Of a stretch of DNA of 64,000 bases, positions 47,375 through 56,621 are shown piece by piece. The DNA comes from Deltaproteobacteria bacterium (GTDB taxonomy: Bacteria; Myxococcota; Kuafuiibacteriia; Kuafuiibacteriales; Kuafuiibacteriaceae). The stretch's first letter is position 1; every line of letters starts with the position of its first letter. Location: assembly GCA_040218735.1 (NCBI GenBank), contig JAVJQW010000017.1, forward strand, positions 352,001-416,000. Reading direction: 5' to 3'. A program made the position numbers and the translations under genes. Below the pieces are notes generated by a model that saw only the letters and a list, made by a program, of their open reading frames with translations, was not told where the DNA came from and made no database searches.

Positions 47375-49167
47375 TGAAGCGCCTCGCAACGTTCCTCCTC
47401 GTGTCGCTGTCGGCGTCGACCGCGATCGCCCAGAACCCCTCGATTCCGGACCGGCGCATTCCGCCGTCCGTGCTCGCCGAGCTCCGCGTCCTGCAGGACC
47501 GGTTCGACGAGGCGCTCGCGCAGGACTGCGCTTCGGTGCGGTGTTTCTCGAAGGGTTGTACTTACCTCGATCACACGGTCTCGGATCGTCCGCGCGCGAC
47601 CGCCCTGCCCGGTCTCGCCGAGGATCAGGGCCCCGGCGCCGAGCCGGCTCAGGAGTACCTGACCCTCGCGCGCTGCGCCTTCGCCTATGAGCAGGACATG
47701 GAGGCGAAGGACGCGACGGCGTTGGCGCGTCGCCTGCGGACCAAGCTGTCGAACGGCTGGACGACGGTGGAGATCGGTCGGCAGCGCCTCCAACCCATCC
47801 CCGCGGAGCTCCGTGAGCCGCCGGCCCCTCCCGAGCCCGAAGAAGAGGTCGTCGAAGAACCGCCGGCCCCGGTGGTCACGCCTCCCAAGGAGCCCGAGTG
47901 GGGGTTCAACATCGCGGTGCGCGAGCTCTGGGTGAACCTTCTCCCGCATTTCGCCTGGATGATCGCGCTCGTGATGCTGACGTTTGCGGCGCTCATCCTC
48001 ATCTGGGGCTGGCGTCGCCTCGGGCGAATATCACCCGAGGAGCAGGCGCTGCTCGCGCAGATGGGTGCGTCCGACAAACCAGACGAGGCGGCGCTCGAGC
48101 CCGAGGTCGCGGACGAAGAACCCGAGGAGACCGAAGAGGTCTTCGTCGGCAAACAGAGCGCGTACTGGACGGAGCGGCTGTCGCAAAACGGCCACCCCGA
48201 CCCGGACGTGCAGGCGCTGATTGCGCAGTGGCTGAAGGAACGTGAGATGGGTTTGCTCGCGAAGGCCGTGTTGACGTTCCCCGAGGCGTTCCCGCGAGCG
48301 TTCCCGGACGGCGGTGAGTTCGCAGAGTCGAAGCTCCACTTCTCCGAGTACCTCCGCGAAGTGAAGCAGCCCGAGCTGCCGACGGACGAGGTCTTCTACA
48401 AGCAGCTCAAACAACACGCGCTGTCGGCCTCCCTCGCGCGGCAGGAAGACGTGACTTCGATGGCGACGCTGCGCGATGAGTTCGGTGCGTCCGGGCTGGT
48501 CCGCTTCATCCAGAAGCTCCCGCCTCGGTTCGGGGCGCTGTTGTTCGCGCACGCTTCCACGAGCGACCAGCTCGAGGCCGCGCGGCTGTTGTCCTCCGGA
48601 CAGGTCACGACGCTCGCAGAGCAGCTGCTCCAGTCCAACCGGATGAGTCGCGCGGAGAGTAGGTACGTCATGGAGCTGCTGTCGGCGAGCCGTACGGACC
48701 AGACGCTCCCGCCGCCGCCCGACGTCACCGAGGTGACGGACCTCGGGCGGACCTTCGACGCCGCCTCGGCGCTGTCGATCCTGCTGCCACGGGCCGAGCC
48801 GCACGATCGGAACCTGCTGCTGACCAACGCGAAGATCCGCTTCGGCGGTGGGTTTCCGAGTTGGTACGAGCAGATCCTCTTCCCGGAGATGGTGCTGGCG
48901 CTCGACGAGGAAACACGCGCGAACGTCTTGCTCGCCGTCGACGCCAACGCGCTCTCGGGTTGGATTTCGGTGCTCTCGGAGCAGAGCCGCGCGGCGCTCC
49001 TCGGAAGCATGTCGCCGACGCTCCGGGCGGCGGTGTCGTCCGGCGCGCGGTTCGAGTCGCGCGCCGAGCAGCTCGAGCGGTTCCGCGAAGGTCGGGAACA
49101 GACGGCGGCGGCGCTTCAGCAGCAGCTCGCGCGTACCGGCACGCCGTTCGAGAGTGTGATGGCCTGA
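47374..49167 (+). CDS. Single-pass membrane protein, putative mini-FliF/FliG-like rotor fusion
   Basis: Signal peptide, ~120-aa periplasmic domain, Pro/Glu linker, TM aa ~189-213; cytoplasmic part aligns by eye to the FliF C-terminus (DPDVQALIAQWL), FliG_M and FliG_C. Confidence 0.65.
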   Translation: MKRLATFLLVSLSASTAIAQNPSIPDRRIPPSVLAELRVLQDRFDEALAQDCASVRCFSKGCTYLDHTVSDRPRATALPGLAEDQGPGAEPAQEYLTLARCAFAYEQDMEAKDATALARRLRTKLSNGWTTVEIGRQRLQPIPAELREPPAPPEPEEEVVEEPPAPVVTPPKEPEWGFNIAVRELWVNLLPHFAWMIALVMLTFAALILIWGWRRLGRISPEEQALLAQMGASDKPDEAALEPEVADEEPEETEEVFVGKQSAYWTERLSQNGHPDPDVQALIAQWLKEREMGLLAKAVLTFPEAFPRAFPDGGEFAESKLHFSEYLREVKQPELPTDEVFYKQLKQHALSASLARQEDVTSMATLRDEFGASGLVRFIQKLPPRFGALLFAHASTSDQLEAARLLSSGQVTTLAEQLLQSNRMSRAESRYVMELLSASRTDQTLPPPPDVTEVTDLGRTFDAASALSILLPRAEPHDRNLLLTNAKIRFGGGFPSWYEQILFPEMVLALDEETRANVLLAVDANALSGWISVLSEQSRAALLGSMSPTLRAAVSSGARFESRAEQLERFREGREQTAAALQQQLARTGTPFESVMA

Positions 49168-49170
49168 GTC

Positions 49171-51213
49171 ATGCGGCGCGTCCTCGCAATATCGATGTTG
49201 CTGACCGCGGCTTGTCTGAAGCTGCCGGTCTCCGACGTCAATGCGGGGTTCGATCTCGCGGATGCGTCCTGGTTCCAGGACGAGGAGACGCTGTTCTTCT
49301 TCTACGAGGTCTCCGCCGAGCAAGGTCTCAACGAGGCGAGTGTCATCGAAGTCACCTACCGGACCGACACCGAGACGGTGCCGTGGACGCGCATCGATCA
49401 GCTCGAGTACGTGCACCCTCACCTTCCGGTCGACTGTGGGTTCACGCGTCGCTGTGGGAGCCTGAGTTTGCACGTCCCCGATCGACCGCGCGAAGTCGGG
49501 ATCCGGTTGCGCTATCACGAGGACGGCGAGCTCGCGCTCACCACGGAGACGGTCTTCAACGCGATAGGGTCGGGCCCGGCGCACTCGAACCGCAGCTTCC
49601 TCGTGTACGGCGTGTTCACTGCGAACAATCAGCGCGTGCAGTGGCGCGGTCGCCACCGCTTCCCGACATTGCGCAACGAACAGGTCCAGGAGCTCGGCCT
49701 GCGACGACGCTTCCAGGTCGATGCGCACGCGTACGGCTCCGCCGACTTCCCGCGGTTCGCCAACCCATATGGCTACGGCGTGGCGTGTCCCTCGTCCTTC
49801 GTGCCGCTCGGCTTCTCGGCGATCAGTACCCAGGACCGCGCGGTGTTCGACACGCAGGACCTCCCGCAGGAGGCGGCGACGTCGGCGCAGGTTTGTGCGC
49901 GCGCGACGGTGCTCGAGCCGAGGGCGCCGTTTGTCACGTCGGCGCTCGCGCAGAAGAACCCCGAGGTGGAGCCGGCGTTCCCGGTGCTGCGGACGCCGAT
50001 TCACGAGGCGACGCCGATCAAGTTCTTCCTCGCGCCGTGTGACCGCACGATCGACGCGGACCACGAGGAGATGCAGCGGCAGCGCATCCTCTACGACGGC
50101 CCGGCCACGTGTGTGGAGGATTGGCGGGCGCCGGACTTCGTGGACCGGCTGGTGGGACGGCTCGAGGAAGCGATCGAAGCGACGCGTCCCGCGGGTGAGG
50201 ACATGGTGCTCGTGATGGCGCTGCACCGCGAGAACTCGGAGGACGAGCTCGCGGACCAGCTCGAGGAGGTGCTCTCTCAGATCCTCCCGTCCGAGCGAGA
50301 CCGCGCGACGCCGCGGGTCGTGGGTGCGTTTGTCTTCGACAGTGAGATTCGCGACGTCCGCGACCCCGTGCTCAACCGGCTGATCCTGTGGTGCCCGGCG
50401 AGCATCGTCGACGACGAAGAGGTGGAGCCCGGTCCGTCGAACGCGAACTGCGCGATCACGCCGGACAACGTGAACCTATCGCTCGGACCGTTCTCACTGT
50501 CGTTCCTCCCGATCCTGCCGTCGCGCAACCGGTACCTGGACTTCATCGACCGGTACTCCAAAGCGCAGGCCGGCGAAGTGAAGGAGCTGACGTTCCTTGT
50601 CCCGGAGTTCACGCCGACCACGGACAACACGCAGGTCGGTGGGTTGGTCGCGACGTTCTTCAATCAGGAGATCATTTCGGCACAACCCGAGGACGCGTTT
50701 TCGTTCTGCCCGTCGGAGGAGCCGCAGCCGTTTGTCTTCCGCACGGAGATCTCCAAGTCGGACGACCTCGATTGTCCACCCGGCCAAGAACCCACCGAGG
50801 ACGACTTCTGCCTCCCGCCGCCTCAGGACTTCCTGCCAATCGAATTCCTTCCGATGTGGCACGACGTCCTGCAGGAGCAGACCTACGAGCTGGGGCTCCT
50901 GTGGGACTTCCCGTGGCTGATGCGTGCGACCTACGAGGTCGTCGCCGCGGCGAGCGCGAGTGCCTTCGGGCTCAGCGTCCCGTTCGGCTTCGGAGCGGAG
51001 CAGATGGAACAGCTCGGCGCGCCGCAGTGGCTTCGCGGTGAGTTCCCGCTCGCGGAGCGCCTCGCGCACTGCAAGCGGTTCTGCGACCACCCGACGTTCG
51101 ACTCCGCTGGGATCTACAACGTGACGCGTTCCTTCCGGTCGACGTACCTCGACGGTTGTTACCGCCCCTCGTACCCGGCGCTGGGAGATTCGAGCTTCCC
51201 ACGTGATCCCTAG
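49171..51213 (+). CDS. Large Cys-containing lipoprotein, gene 9
   Basis: Lipobox LTAAC; 680 aa; no family recognised. Confidence 0.8.
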   Translation: MRRVLAISMLLTAACLKLPVSDVNAGFDLADASWFQDEETLFFFYEVSAEQGLNEASVIEVTYRTDTETVPWTRIDQLEYVHPHLPVDCGFTRRCGSLSLHVPDRPREVGIRLRYHEDGELALTTETVFNAIGSGPAHSNRSFLVYGVFTANNQRVQWRGRHRFPTLRNEQVQELGLRRRFQVDAHAYGSADFPRFANPYGYGVACPSSFVPLGFSAISTQDRAVFDTQDLPQEAATSAQVCARATVLEPRAPFVTSALAQKNPEVEPAFPVLRTPIHEATPIKFFLAPCDRTIDADHEEMQRQRILYDGPATCVEDWRAPDFVDRLVGRLEEAIEATRPAGEDMVLVMALHRENSEDELADQLEEVLSQILPSERDRATPRVVGAFVFDSEIRDVRDPVLNRLILWCPASIVDDEEVEPGPSNANCAITPDNVNLSLGPFSLSFLPILPSRNRYLDFIDRYSKAQAGEVKELTFLVPEFTPTTDNTQVGGLVATFFNQEIISAQPEDAFSFCPSEEPQPFVFRTEISKSDDLDCPPGQEPTEDDFCLPPPQDFLPIEFLPMWHDVLQEQTYELGLLWDFPWLMRATYEVVAAASASAFGLSVPFGFGAEQMEQLGAPQWLRGEFPLAERLAHCKRFCDHPTFDSAGIYNVTRSFRSTYLDGCYRPSYPALGDSSFPRDP

Positions 51214-51976
51214 CGTCCTCGCTGCGCTCGTGCTCATGAGCCCGGGCGCGACAACGACGTCCTCCGACGCCCCGACCCTCTCGCGGTTCAAGCTGCCGTG
51301 GGAGATCTTGGTCGACAAGACGGTGGGGACGACCACGAAACCCGTGCGGTTCGACTGGCGGCGCACGAGCGTGCACGTCGGCGCATTTGCCGCGCAGCCG
51401 GCCGAGTTCAACAACTACAACTCGTTTCGCTCCGGCGTGCTCGCGCGGATCCCATCCGACGCCCTGATGTACGAGCTGGGCCTGAGCTACGTCTGGGTGT
51501 TCGAGACGGAAGCGAGCAAACGGCTCGCGCTCACGCCGTACCGTCAGCCGGGTCGACCGCAGCGCTTCGAGATCGACTTCTCGGTGGGTGTGCCCCTGGC
51601 GGAGGGTGTCGTGACCGTGTGGCCTTCGTGGTTCCCGGCGGCCGAGCTGGTGTTCAGCGCGTACTTCAACCTCCGCTATTTGATCTATCCGAGTGGGTTC
51701 GAAGGGCTGAGCTTCCGGAATATCCTCGGCTCTTCGTTGTCACCGAAGATCAGCGACGACGAAATCGAGAACCTCGACGACAACCGCCTCCCCGGGATGG
51801 AGGTCGACCGCACCCGGTACTCGCTCTACGCGGGGCTGGGGACGGACATCTACTTCGACTTCGGGCTCTTCGTCGCGCCGCGCATCATGCTCGCGGTGCC
51901 GCTGCTCGCGGGGATCGCGGAGTCCGAGATGGGCTTCTCGATGGAGTTCTCCCTCGCGTTGGGAGCAGCGTTTTGA
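51203..51976 (+). CDS. Predicted small outer-membrane beta-barrel protein, gene 10
   Basis: Hydrophobic N-terminus, alternating strands (YELGLSYVW, YAGLGTDIYF), C-terminus FSLALGAAF. Confidence 0.72.
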   Translation: MIPSVLAALVLMSPGATTTSSDAPTLSRFKLPWEILVDKTVGTTTKPVRFDWRRTSVHVGAFAAQPAEFNNYNSFRSGVLARIPSDALMYELGLSYVWVFETEASKRLALTPYRQPGRPQRFEIDFSVGVPLAEGVVTVWPSWFPAAELVFSAYFNLRYLIYPSGFEGLSFRNILGSSLSPKISDDEIENLDDNRLPGMEVDRTRYSLYAGLGTDIYFDFGLFVAPRIMLAVPLLAGIAESEMGFSMEFSLALGAAF

Positions 51977-53817
51977 TCGGCGTCGTCGCCGCGCTCCTGA
52001 TCGCGGGCGTCGAGCCCGACCCGGCGACGCTCGTCTACTACAACGCAAGGATGCAGCTGAGGGAGCGCCGCTCCGAGGACGTGCTGCGCCTGTGGCTCCT
52101 GCGAAATTCCTTGGAGAGCCAAGAGCGTGCGCTGTCCGCGTACGACGAAGACTTCAAGAGCCTCGTGTGGGTCGCGCTCGGCGACCTCGGCTACTGCCAA
52201 GACGGCATCAGCTTCGACGACGACGGCGCCGGTTTATGGCCCCTCGCGCTCCACAACTGGTTCCTCCGCAACATGCGACGCGGCGAGGCGCCGGACCAGC
52301 CGGCGCCGTTCGACGCCTTCGACATCCCGCAGCAAGCGCGGTTCGTCACGCTCCAGGACGTGCTGAGCGTCGACGAGCTGAATTCCGTTCGGTTCTACCG
52401 GACCGATTGCTACCGCATGAAGGAGGTCCTCTCGGCGGGCGGCGTGAAAGGCGAGCCCAACGAGCGCAAGGTGCAGGTCGCCGTGTTGCGCTTCCTGCTG
52501 GAGGCCGCACGACACACCACGCAGCGTCCGCAGGTCCGCGGTCAGGCGACGATCGAAGCGCGGCTCCTCGACCTCCGCCTGAAGAAACTCGACCTCGTGG
52601 ACCGAGAGCAACGGAGCGCGGAGCGAGAACGTAAACGCCGCGTACGGGATCTCGGCGGCACGTTCGTCGAGGCCCCGAGCATCGCGCAGTCGGAAGAAGT
52701 CGCGGAGCTTCTGTCGGTCACCGACGGGTGGGTTGCGGACGACTGGCTCGCGCTAGAGCCGGGGCGACGCCTGTACCTCTACGACTGGGTTCTCAGGGCG
52801 AAGCGCGAGAACCCAGAAGTCACGCGCTCGATGATCGACCGGTTGATGACCAGCGAGGACACGTCGGAGGTCGGTGCGTGGATCGCGTTCACCGGTGACA
52901 GTGACACCGCGAAGGCGAGCATCTGGTCCGGCGAGCGCGGACGGCGGCTCCTCGCGCTCGATCCGAAGACCGGCTTCAGGGAGCGCGCGGCGATCGCATT
53001 GCACCGTGGCGTCGATGCCGTCGGCAAAGGTGACCTCCCCGAGGCGCTCCGATCTCTGGCCTACACGCTGAAGTACGCCGACGAGTCCACGCAGTCGGAG
53101 GCGGTGCGTCGCCTCGGCCTGCGGTGGATGTCGTTCGTCGCTGGTCGCTTCGCCGTTTCGGAGGCGCTGATGACGATGCTCGTCGAGCTCGTCCCGCGCG
53201 GTGACCTGTCGCAGGTCCTGGAGGGGCTGATCTGGGACGCCGCGATGTCGTCGGACCTCGAGTCGTTCGACCGGACCGTCAAAGCGCACCGCGGACGTGG
53301 CGCCCTCGCGCTGCGCATCGAACGGCTGCGCCCGCTCGCGGAAGGTGACGTCGGCGCGTTCCTGACGCGCATCCGTTCGGAGCTCCCCGAGTCCCCCCAC
53401 GCGACGCTCCGATTCCTCCGCCGGTTCCTGGAGCGGCTCGAAACCCAGGACGGCGACGTGCGCGCGATGCACCGCGCGACCCTGGAGGCGATCGATCGGG
53501 AGCTCGCCAAGGCCACGGAGATCCTGGAAGGCGGCCTGGGCCGAAACGCCCGTGAGTTGGAGCAGGTGACGAACGCGATGCTCGAAGGACTCGATGTGAT
53601 CGGTGACTCGGAGCGCGAGCGCGCCCGAGCGTTGTCACCGACGAGTGAGGTGTTCGCGGGGAGCATTCGCCTCGCGCCGACGGACGCGCTCCCGTGGCCG
53701 TTCGTGGTGCCGACGATTCGTCCGCCGTCGGTGTTCAGTCCGTTGAAGATCACGCCGGTCGAGTGGCCGGACGCGTCGGGCGAAGGGTTGGTGATGGGGT
53801 GGAAGCTCGGTCGCTGA
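51973..53817 (+). CDS. Exported alpha-helical (TPR-like) protein, gene 11
   Basis: TTG start overlapping the upstream stop; short hydrophobic N-terminus; helical repeats (LHRGVDAVGKGDLPEALRSL). Confidence 0.75.
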   Translation: MIGVVAALLIAGVEPDPATLVYYNARMQLRERRSEDVLRLWLLRNSLESQERALSAYDEDFKSLVWVALGDLGYCQDGISFDDDGAGLWPLALHNWFLRNMRRGEAPDQPAPFDAFDIPQQARFVTLQDVLSVDELNSVRFYRTDCYRMKEVLSAGGVKGEPNERKVQVAVLRFLLEAARHTTQRPQVRGQATIEARLLDLRLKKLDLVDREQRSAERERKRRVRDLGGTFVEAPSIAQSEEVAELLSVTDGWVADDWLALEPGRRLYLYDWVLRAKRENPEVTRSMIDRLMTSEDTSEVGAWIAFTGDSDTAKASIWSGERGRRLLALDPKTGFRERAAIALHRGVDAVGKGDLPEALRSLAYTLKYADESTQSEAVRRLGLRWMSFVAGRFAVSEALMTMLVELVPRGDLSQVLEGLIWDAAMSSDLESFDRTVKAHRGRGALALRIERLRPLAEGDVGAFLTRIRSELPESPHATLRFLRRFLERLETQDGDVRAMHRATLEAIDRELAKATEILEGGLGRNARELEQVTNAMLEGLDVIGDSERERARALSPTSEVFAGSIRLAPTDALPWPFVVPTIRPPSVFSPLKITPVEWPDASGEGLVMGWKLGR

Positions 53818-53828
53818 AGCGTCGCGCG

Positions 53829-54452
53829 ATGCGGCGCGAGCTGAGCGAGCGGCGACGCGCCATGCGCGCGGCGCTGAAGGCGCGGCGCCGGGCCCTGCAG
53901 GCGGAGCTGCGCGCGCGGCGCGGAAAGCTTCCGAAGACCTCGTCGTCGAAGTGGCGACGTCGGGTCGTCATGGCCCTGATCATCATCCTCTTGCTCCTGC
54001 TGCACCTGTGCACCGAAGAGCCGCCGCCCCAGGTCGGCAAACCCACGCCCCCCGCGCCGCTGGTGTTCGGCCCACCAGCCCCCCCGCCGACGCCGGAGCC
54101 ACCACCGATTCGTCGTCGGCTGAAGAAGCGCGAGCGCCCCGACTACACGAGCGCTCCGCCGCGAAAGAAGCCGTGGCTCGACGCCTACCGCCTGCAGGTC
54201 GCGGGACGCAGCGTCGTGCTCGCCACGTGTTTCGAGGGGGTCGAGCGCCCGGGCGCGGTGCGGTGGGTGGCGTCCGTCGACGTGAAGACCGGTCAGGTCG
54301 CCGAGCACGAGCTGGAGCCCGTCGCCAACGGTGTCGTGCTCAGCCAGGCGCACAAGAAGTGTCTGATCGCCGCGCTCTCGAAGCCGTATCGCCTGGAGGC
54401 GACTGAACCGAGCAGCACCCCCGAGCGCGTCGCGATGGTGCTCGAGTTCTAG
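53829..54452 (+). CDS. Basic N-terminus / TM / Pro-rich linker / TonB_C- or AgmX-like domain protein, gene 12 (alternative GTG start at 53799)
   Basis: Arg-rich helix, TM VVMALIIILLLLLHL, PPP linker, LATCFE...VRWVASVD..TGQV...KCLIAAL. Confidence 0.65.
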   Translation: MRRELSERRRAMRAALKARRRALQAELRARRGKLPKTSSSKWRRRVVMALIIILLLLLHLCTEEPPPQVGKPTPPAPLVFGPPAPPPTPEPPPIRRRLKKRERPDYTSAPPRKKPWLDAYRLQVAGRSVVLATCFEGVERPGAVRWVASVDVKTGQVAEHELEPVANGVVLSQAHKKCLIAALSKPYRLEATEPSSTPERVAMVLEF

Positions 54453-56587
54453 GAGGCCTGGCGCTCTTGCCGAATCGCCGCGTAGCGCTCGCGGTACCGC
54501 TCGTAGAACGGCCGGTACGCGTGTTTGTACTTGCAGTCCGCGAAGAGGTAGCGCCCGGAGATCGGCGGTTTGTGAAACTGCCGGAAGAGGAATGCGATGA
54601 ACGCCCACGACGCGAACAGCGCGGGGCACAGCGCCCACTGACCCGTCATCGCGATGTAGACCATTGCGATGGGTACGGTCGTCGCTTTCAACCCGAACAA
54701 CGGCACCGTCAGGCTGTACGTCGACAACATGATGAGTCGACGGTTCTTGTGGAACAACACGGCGAGCCCCGCGCATAACGTCGTCCACGCGACCATTCCG
54801 GCGATCTCTCCCGGCTGGAACCCACCCGCCGGGATGTTCAGGAGCGGCTCGACCACGAAGTCGAACATGAGGAGGACGACGAAGAGGTAGCCGAGCAACA
54901 CGTCCCACAGACACGACGCGAGCAGGAACATCAGGATGCTCCAGTGTTCGTTGTGCGCCGCGATCTTGCGACCGAGCGCCTCCGCACCTTCGACCGCGTA
55001 CTCACCCTCCATGCGGAACTTGAGCGCGTTGTTCGGATGAAGGAGCTCGAACCGCAGGTTGCGGAACGCCTTCAGCGGGTTCCAGGACAGACCCGACCAG
55101 AACTTACGCCCGATCCCCACGAACTCGGCCACGTCGGCCGTGTACAACCCATAGTTGACGAGGTGATCGGTGGGGGTCCGCGAAGAACCCACTGGATAGT
55201 AGTAGTCGTTGTAGTCCTCGATACGCTGGTGGATGTCTTCGTACAGTCCGGACCTTCGATCTTCGTCGGTCAGCAGCTTGTGGATCATCACCGCCTGCAT
55301 CTCGGTCATGTTCGCGAGACCCCCGGTGAACGGGCGGGTATAGCCGAGGAAGAAGACGTTGCGCAGATCCTCGGGGACCACGCCCAGGTACGTTCCGCGG
55401 TACGCGTAGGCGTACTGGTGTCGCGTGCCGTCCTCGCTGACGAAGTGAATTGGTGGGAGGCGTGGCTCCTCGGAGCCTCCGTCGATGAAGTGATCGAAGT
55501 GTTCGATGCGACCGTCGCAGCGGATGGTGCAGGTCTCCATGTCGACCGTCGTCCGATCCTTCGACCACGTCTCCACGAGCCCTTCCGTGTGGAAGAAGAT
55601 GAGGTCGTTCATCAGCACGCCGTTTCGAATGCGGTCGTCGACGTCGTCGCCGAAGCGCTGCTCGTACATGTCGATCGGCCAGTACTTGATGCCGCTCATC
55701 CCGTTCGCGTGACCGGCGCGCGCCTGCGCGTTCGCGCGAACGCGCCCGCGGCGGTAGGTCTCCGGACGCAGCACGTGGAACTTGTGGGGGAGCAGCGTCC
55801 TGGAGACGATCGACTCCGGCTCCGGCGGCCCGAGCGGGATCGCGAACAGGTCCTTGTAGAACCGCGGCCAGAACCGACCGACGTTGTGGAACTCGAGCTG
55901 CGCGAGATCCAGCGCGTAGCGCTTGCCCGTTCGAACGCCGAAGATGGGTAGGTACCACTGTGACTTCGGCCCCGGCGTCTCGAAGGTGACGTACTTGTCG
56001 AGGTTCACGAAGCCATCGTTGAGGAGGATGACTTTGTTCCCCTGGGGCACGGCCTTCGCCACCATCATGTTCGCGGTGTCGCCGATCGTGTTGAAGACCA
56101 AGGTCTGCCCTTCGATCTTCTGGATATCGAGCTCCTTGATCGTCTCGTTCTGCGGGCGCCCGAGCCCCGTCGCGAAGACGAGGTTCTTGGTCTCGTAGAC
56201 CTTCCCGCTCTCGGTACGGACGACGCTGCGGTCGCTGTAATTGTCGACCGCGACCACCCGGTCTTCGATCACCTTGTCGCGGTACGGCGCGAAGATGCGT
56301 TCGTGATACTCGAAGAACTCACGCGCCGTCGGGTAGTAGTTGTCGATGACGTTCGCCTCGACCTGATCCTCGACGTAGAACGACGCGTGAAACGAGCTGA
56401 CGAGGTCGAAGTCGAGGCGGTCGTTCGCTGCGAGCTGCTGCCAGATCGGCGTCCCGTGCGAGAGCACCGTGTACGCCTGCCCGCGGGCATCGAGCTCGCG
56501 TAGCAGCGGGATCGCCGAGAAGCCGAATCCGACGATCAGGATCTCGACACGTTCTGCAATGGGAGCGGAGTCCGGAGCGGCGTCCAT
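54449..56587 (-). CDS. Flavoprotein (FMO/pyridine nucleotide-disulfide-like) with multi-TM C-terminal extension
   Basis: ILIVGFGFSA, LVFATG and NVFFLGYTRP...EMQA motifs; hydrophobic C-terminal ~150 aa. Confidence 0.75.
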   Translation of the reverse strand: MDAAPDSAPIAERVEILIVGFGFSAIPLLRELDARGQAYTVLSHGTPIWQQLAANDRLDFDLVSSFHASFYVEDQVEANVIDNYYPTAREFFEYHERIFAPYRDKVIEDRVVAVDNYSDRSVVRTESGKVYETKNLVFATGLGRPQNETIKELDIQKIEGQTLVFNTIGDTANMMVAKAVPQGNKVILLNDGFVNLDKYVTFETPGPKSQWYLPIFGVRTGKRYALDLAQLEFHNVGRFWPRFYKDLFAIPLGPPEPESIVSRTLLPHKFHVLRPETYRRGRVRANAQARAGHANGMSGIKYWPIDMYEQRFGDDVDDRIRNGVLMNDLIFFHTEGLVETWSKDRTTVDMETCTIRCDGRIEHFDHFIDGGSEEPRLPPIHFVSEDGTRHQYAYAYRGTYLGVVPEDLRNVFFLGYTRPFTGGLANMTEMQAVMIHKLLTDEDRRSGLYEDIHQRIEDYNDYYYPVGSSRTPTDHLVNYGLYTADVAEFVGIGRKFWSGLSWNPLKAFRNLRFELLHPNNALKFRMEGEYAVEGAEALGRKIAAHNEHWSILMFLLASCLWDVLLGYLFVVLLMFDFVVEPLLNIPAGGFQPGEIAGMVAWTTLCAGLAVLFHKNRRLIMLSTYSLTVPLFGLKATTVPIAMVYIAMTGQWALCPALFASWAFIAFLFRQFHKPPISGRYLFADCKYKHAYRPFYERYRERYAAIRQERQAS

Positions 56588-56621
56588 GAAACGCCGGCAC
56601 TCTACCAACGTCGGCGCCGCC

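Noticed and set aside
41793-54452. Ordinary or decaying flagellar gene cluster
   Set aside because: No recognisable export, rod, hook, filament or switch genes; all ORFs are intact and tightly coupled
41793-56587. Genomic island suggested by slightly more A/T-ending codons
   Set aside because: Impression only and not computed; no integrase, tRNA or flanking direct repeats seen
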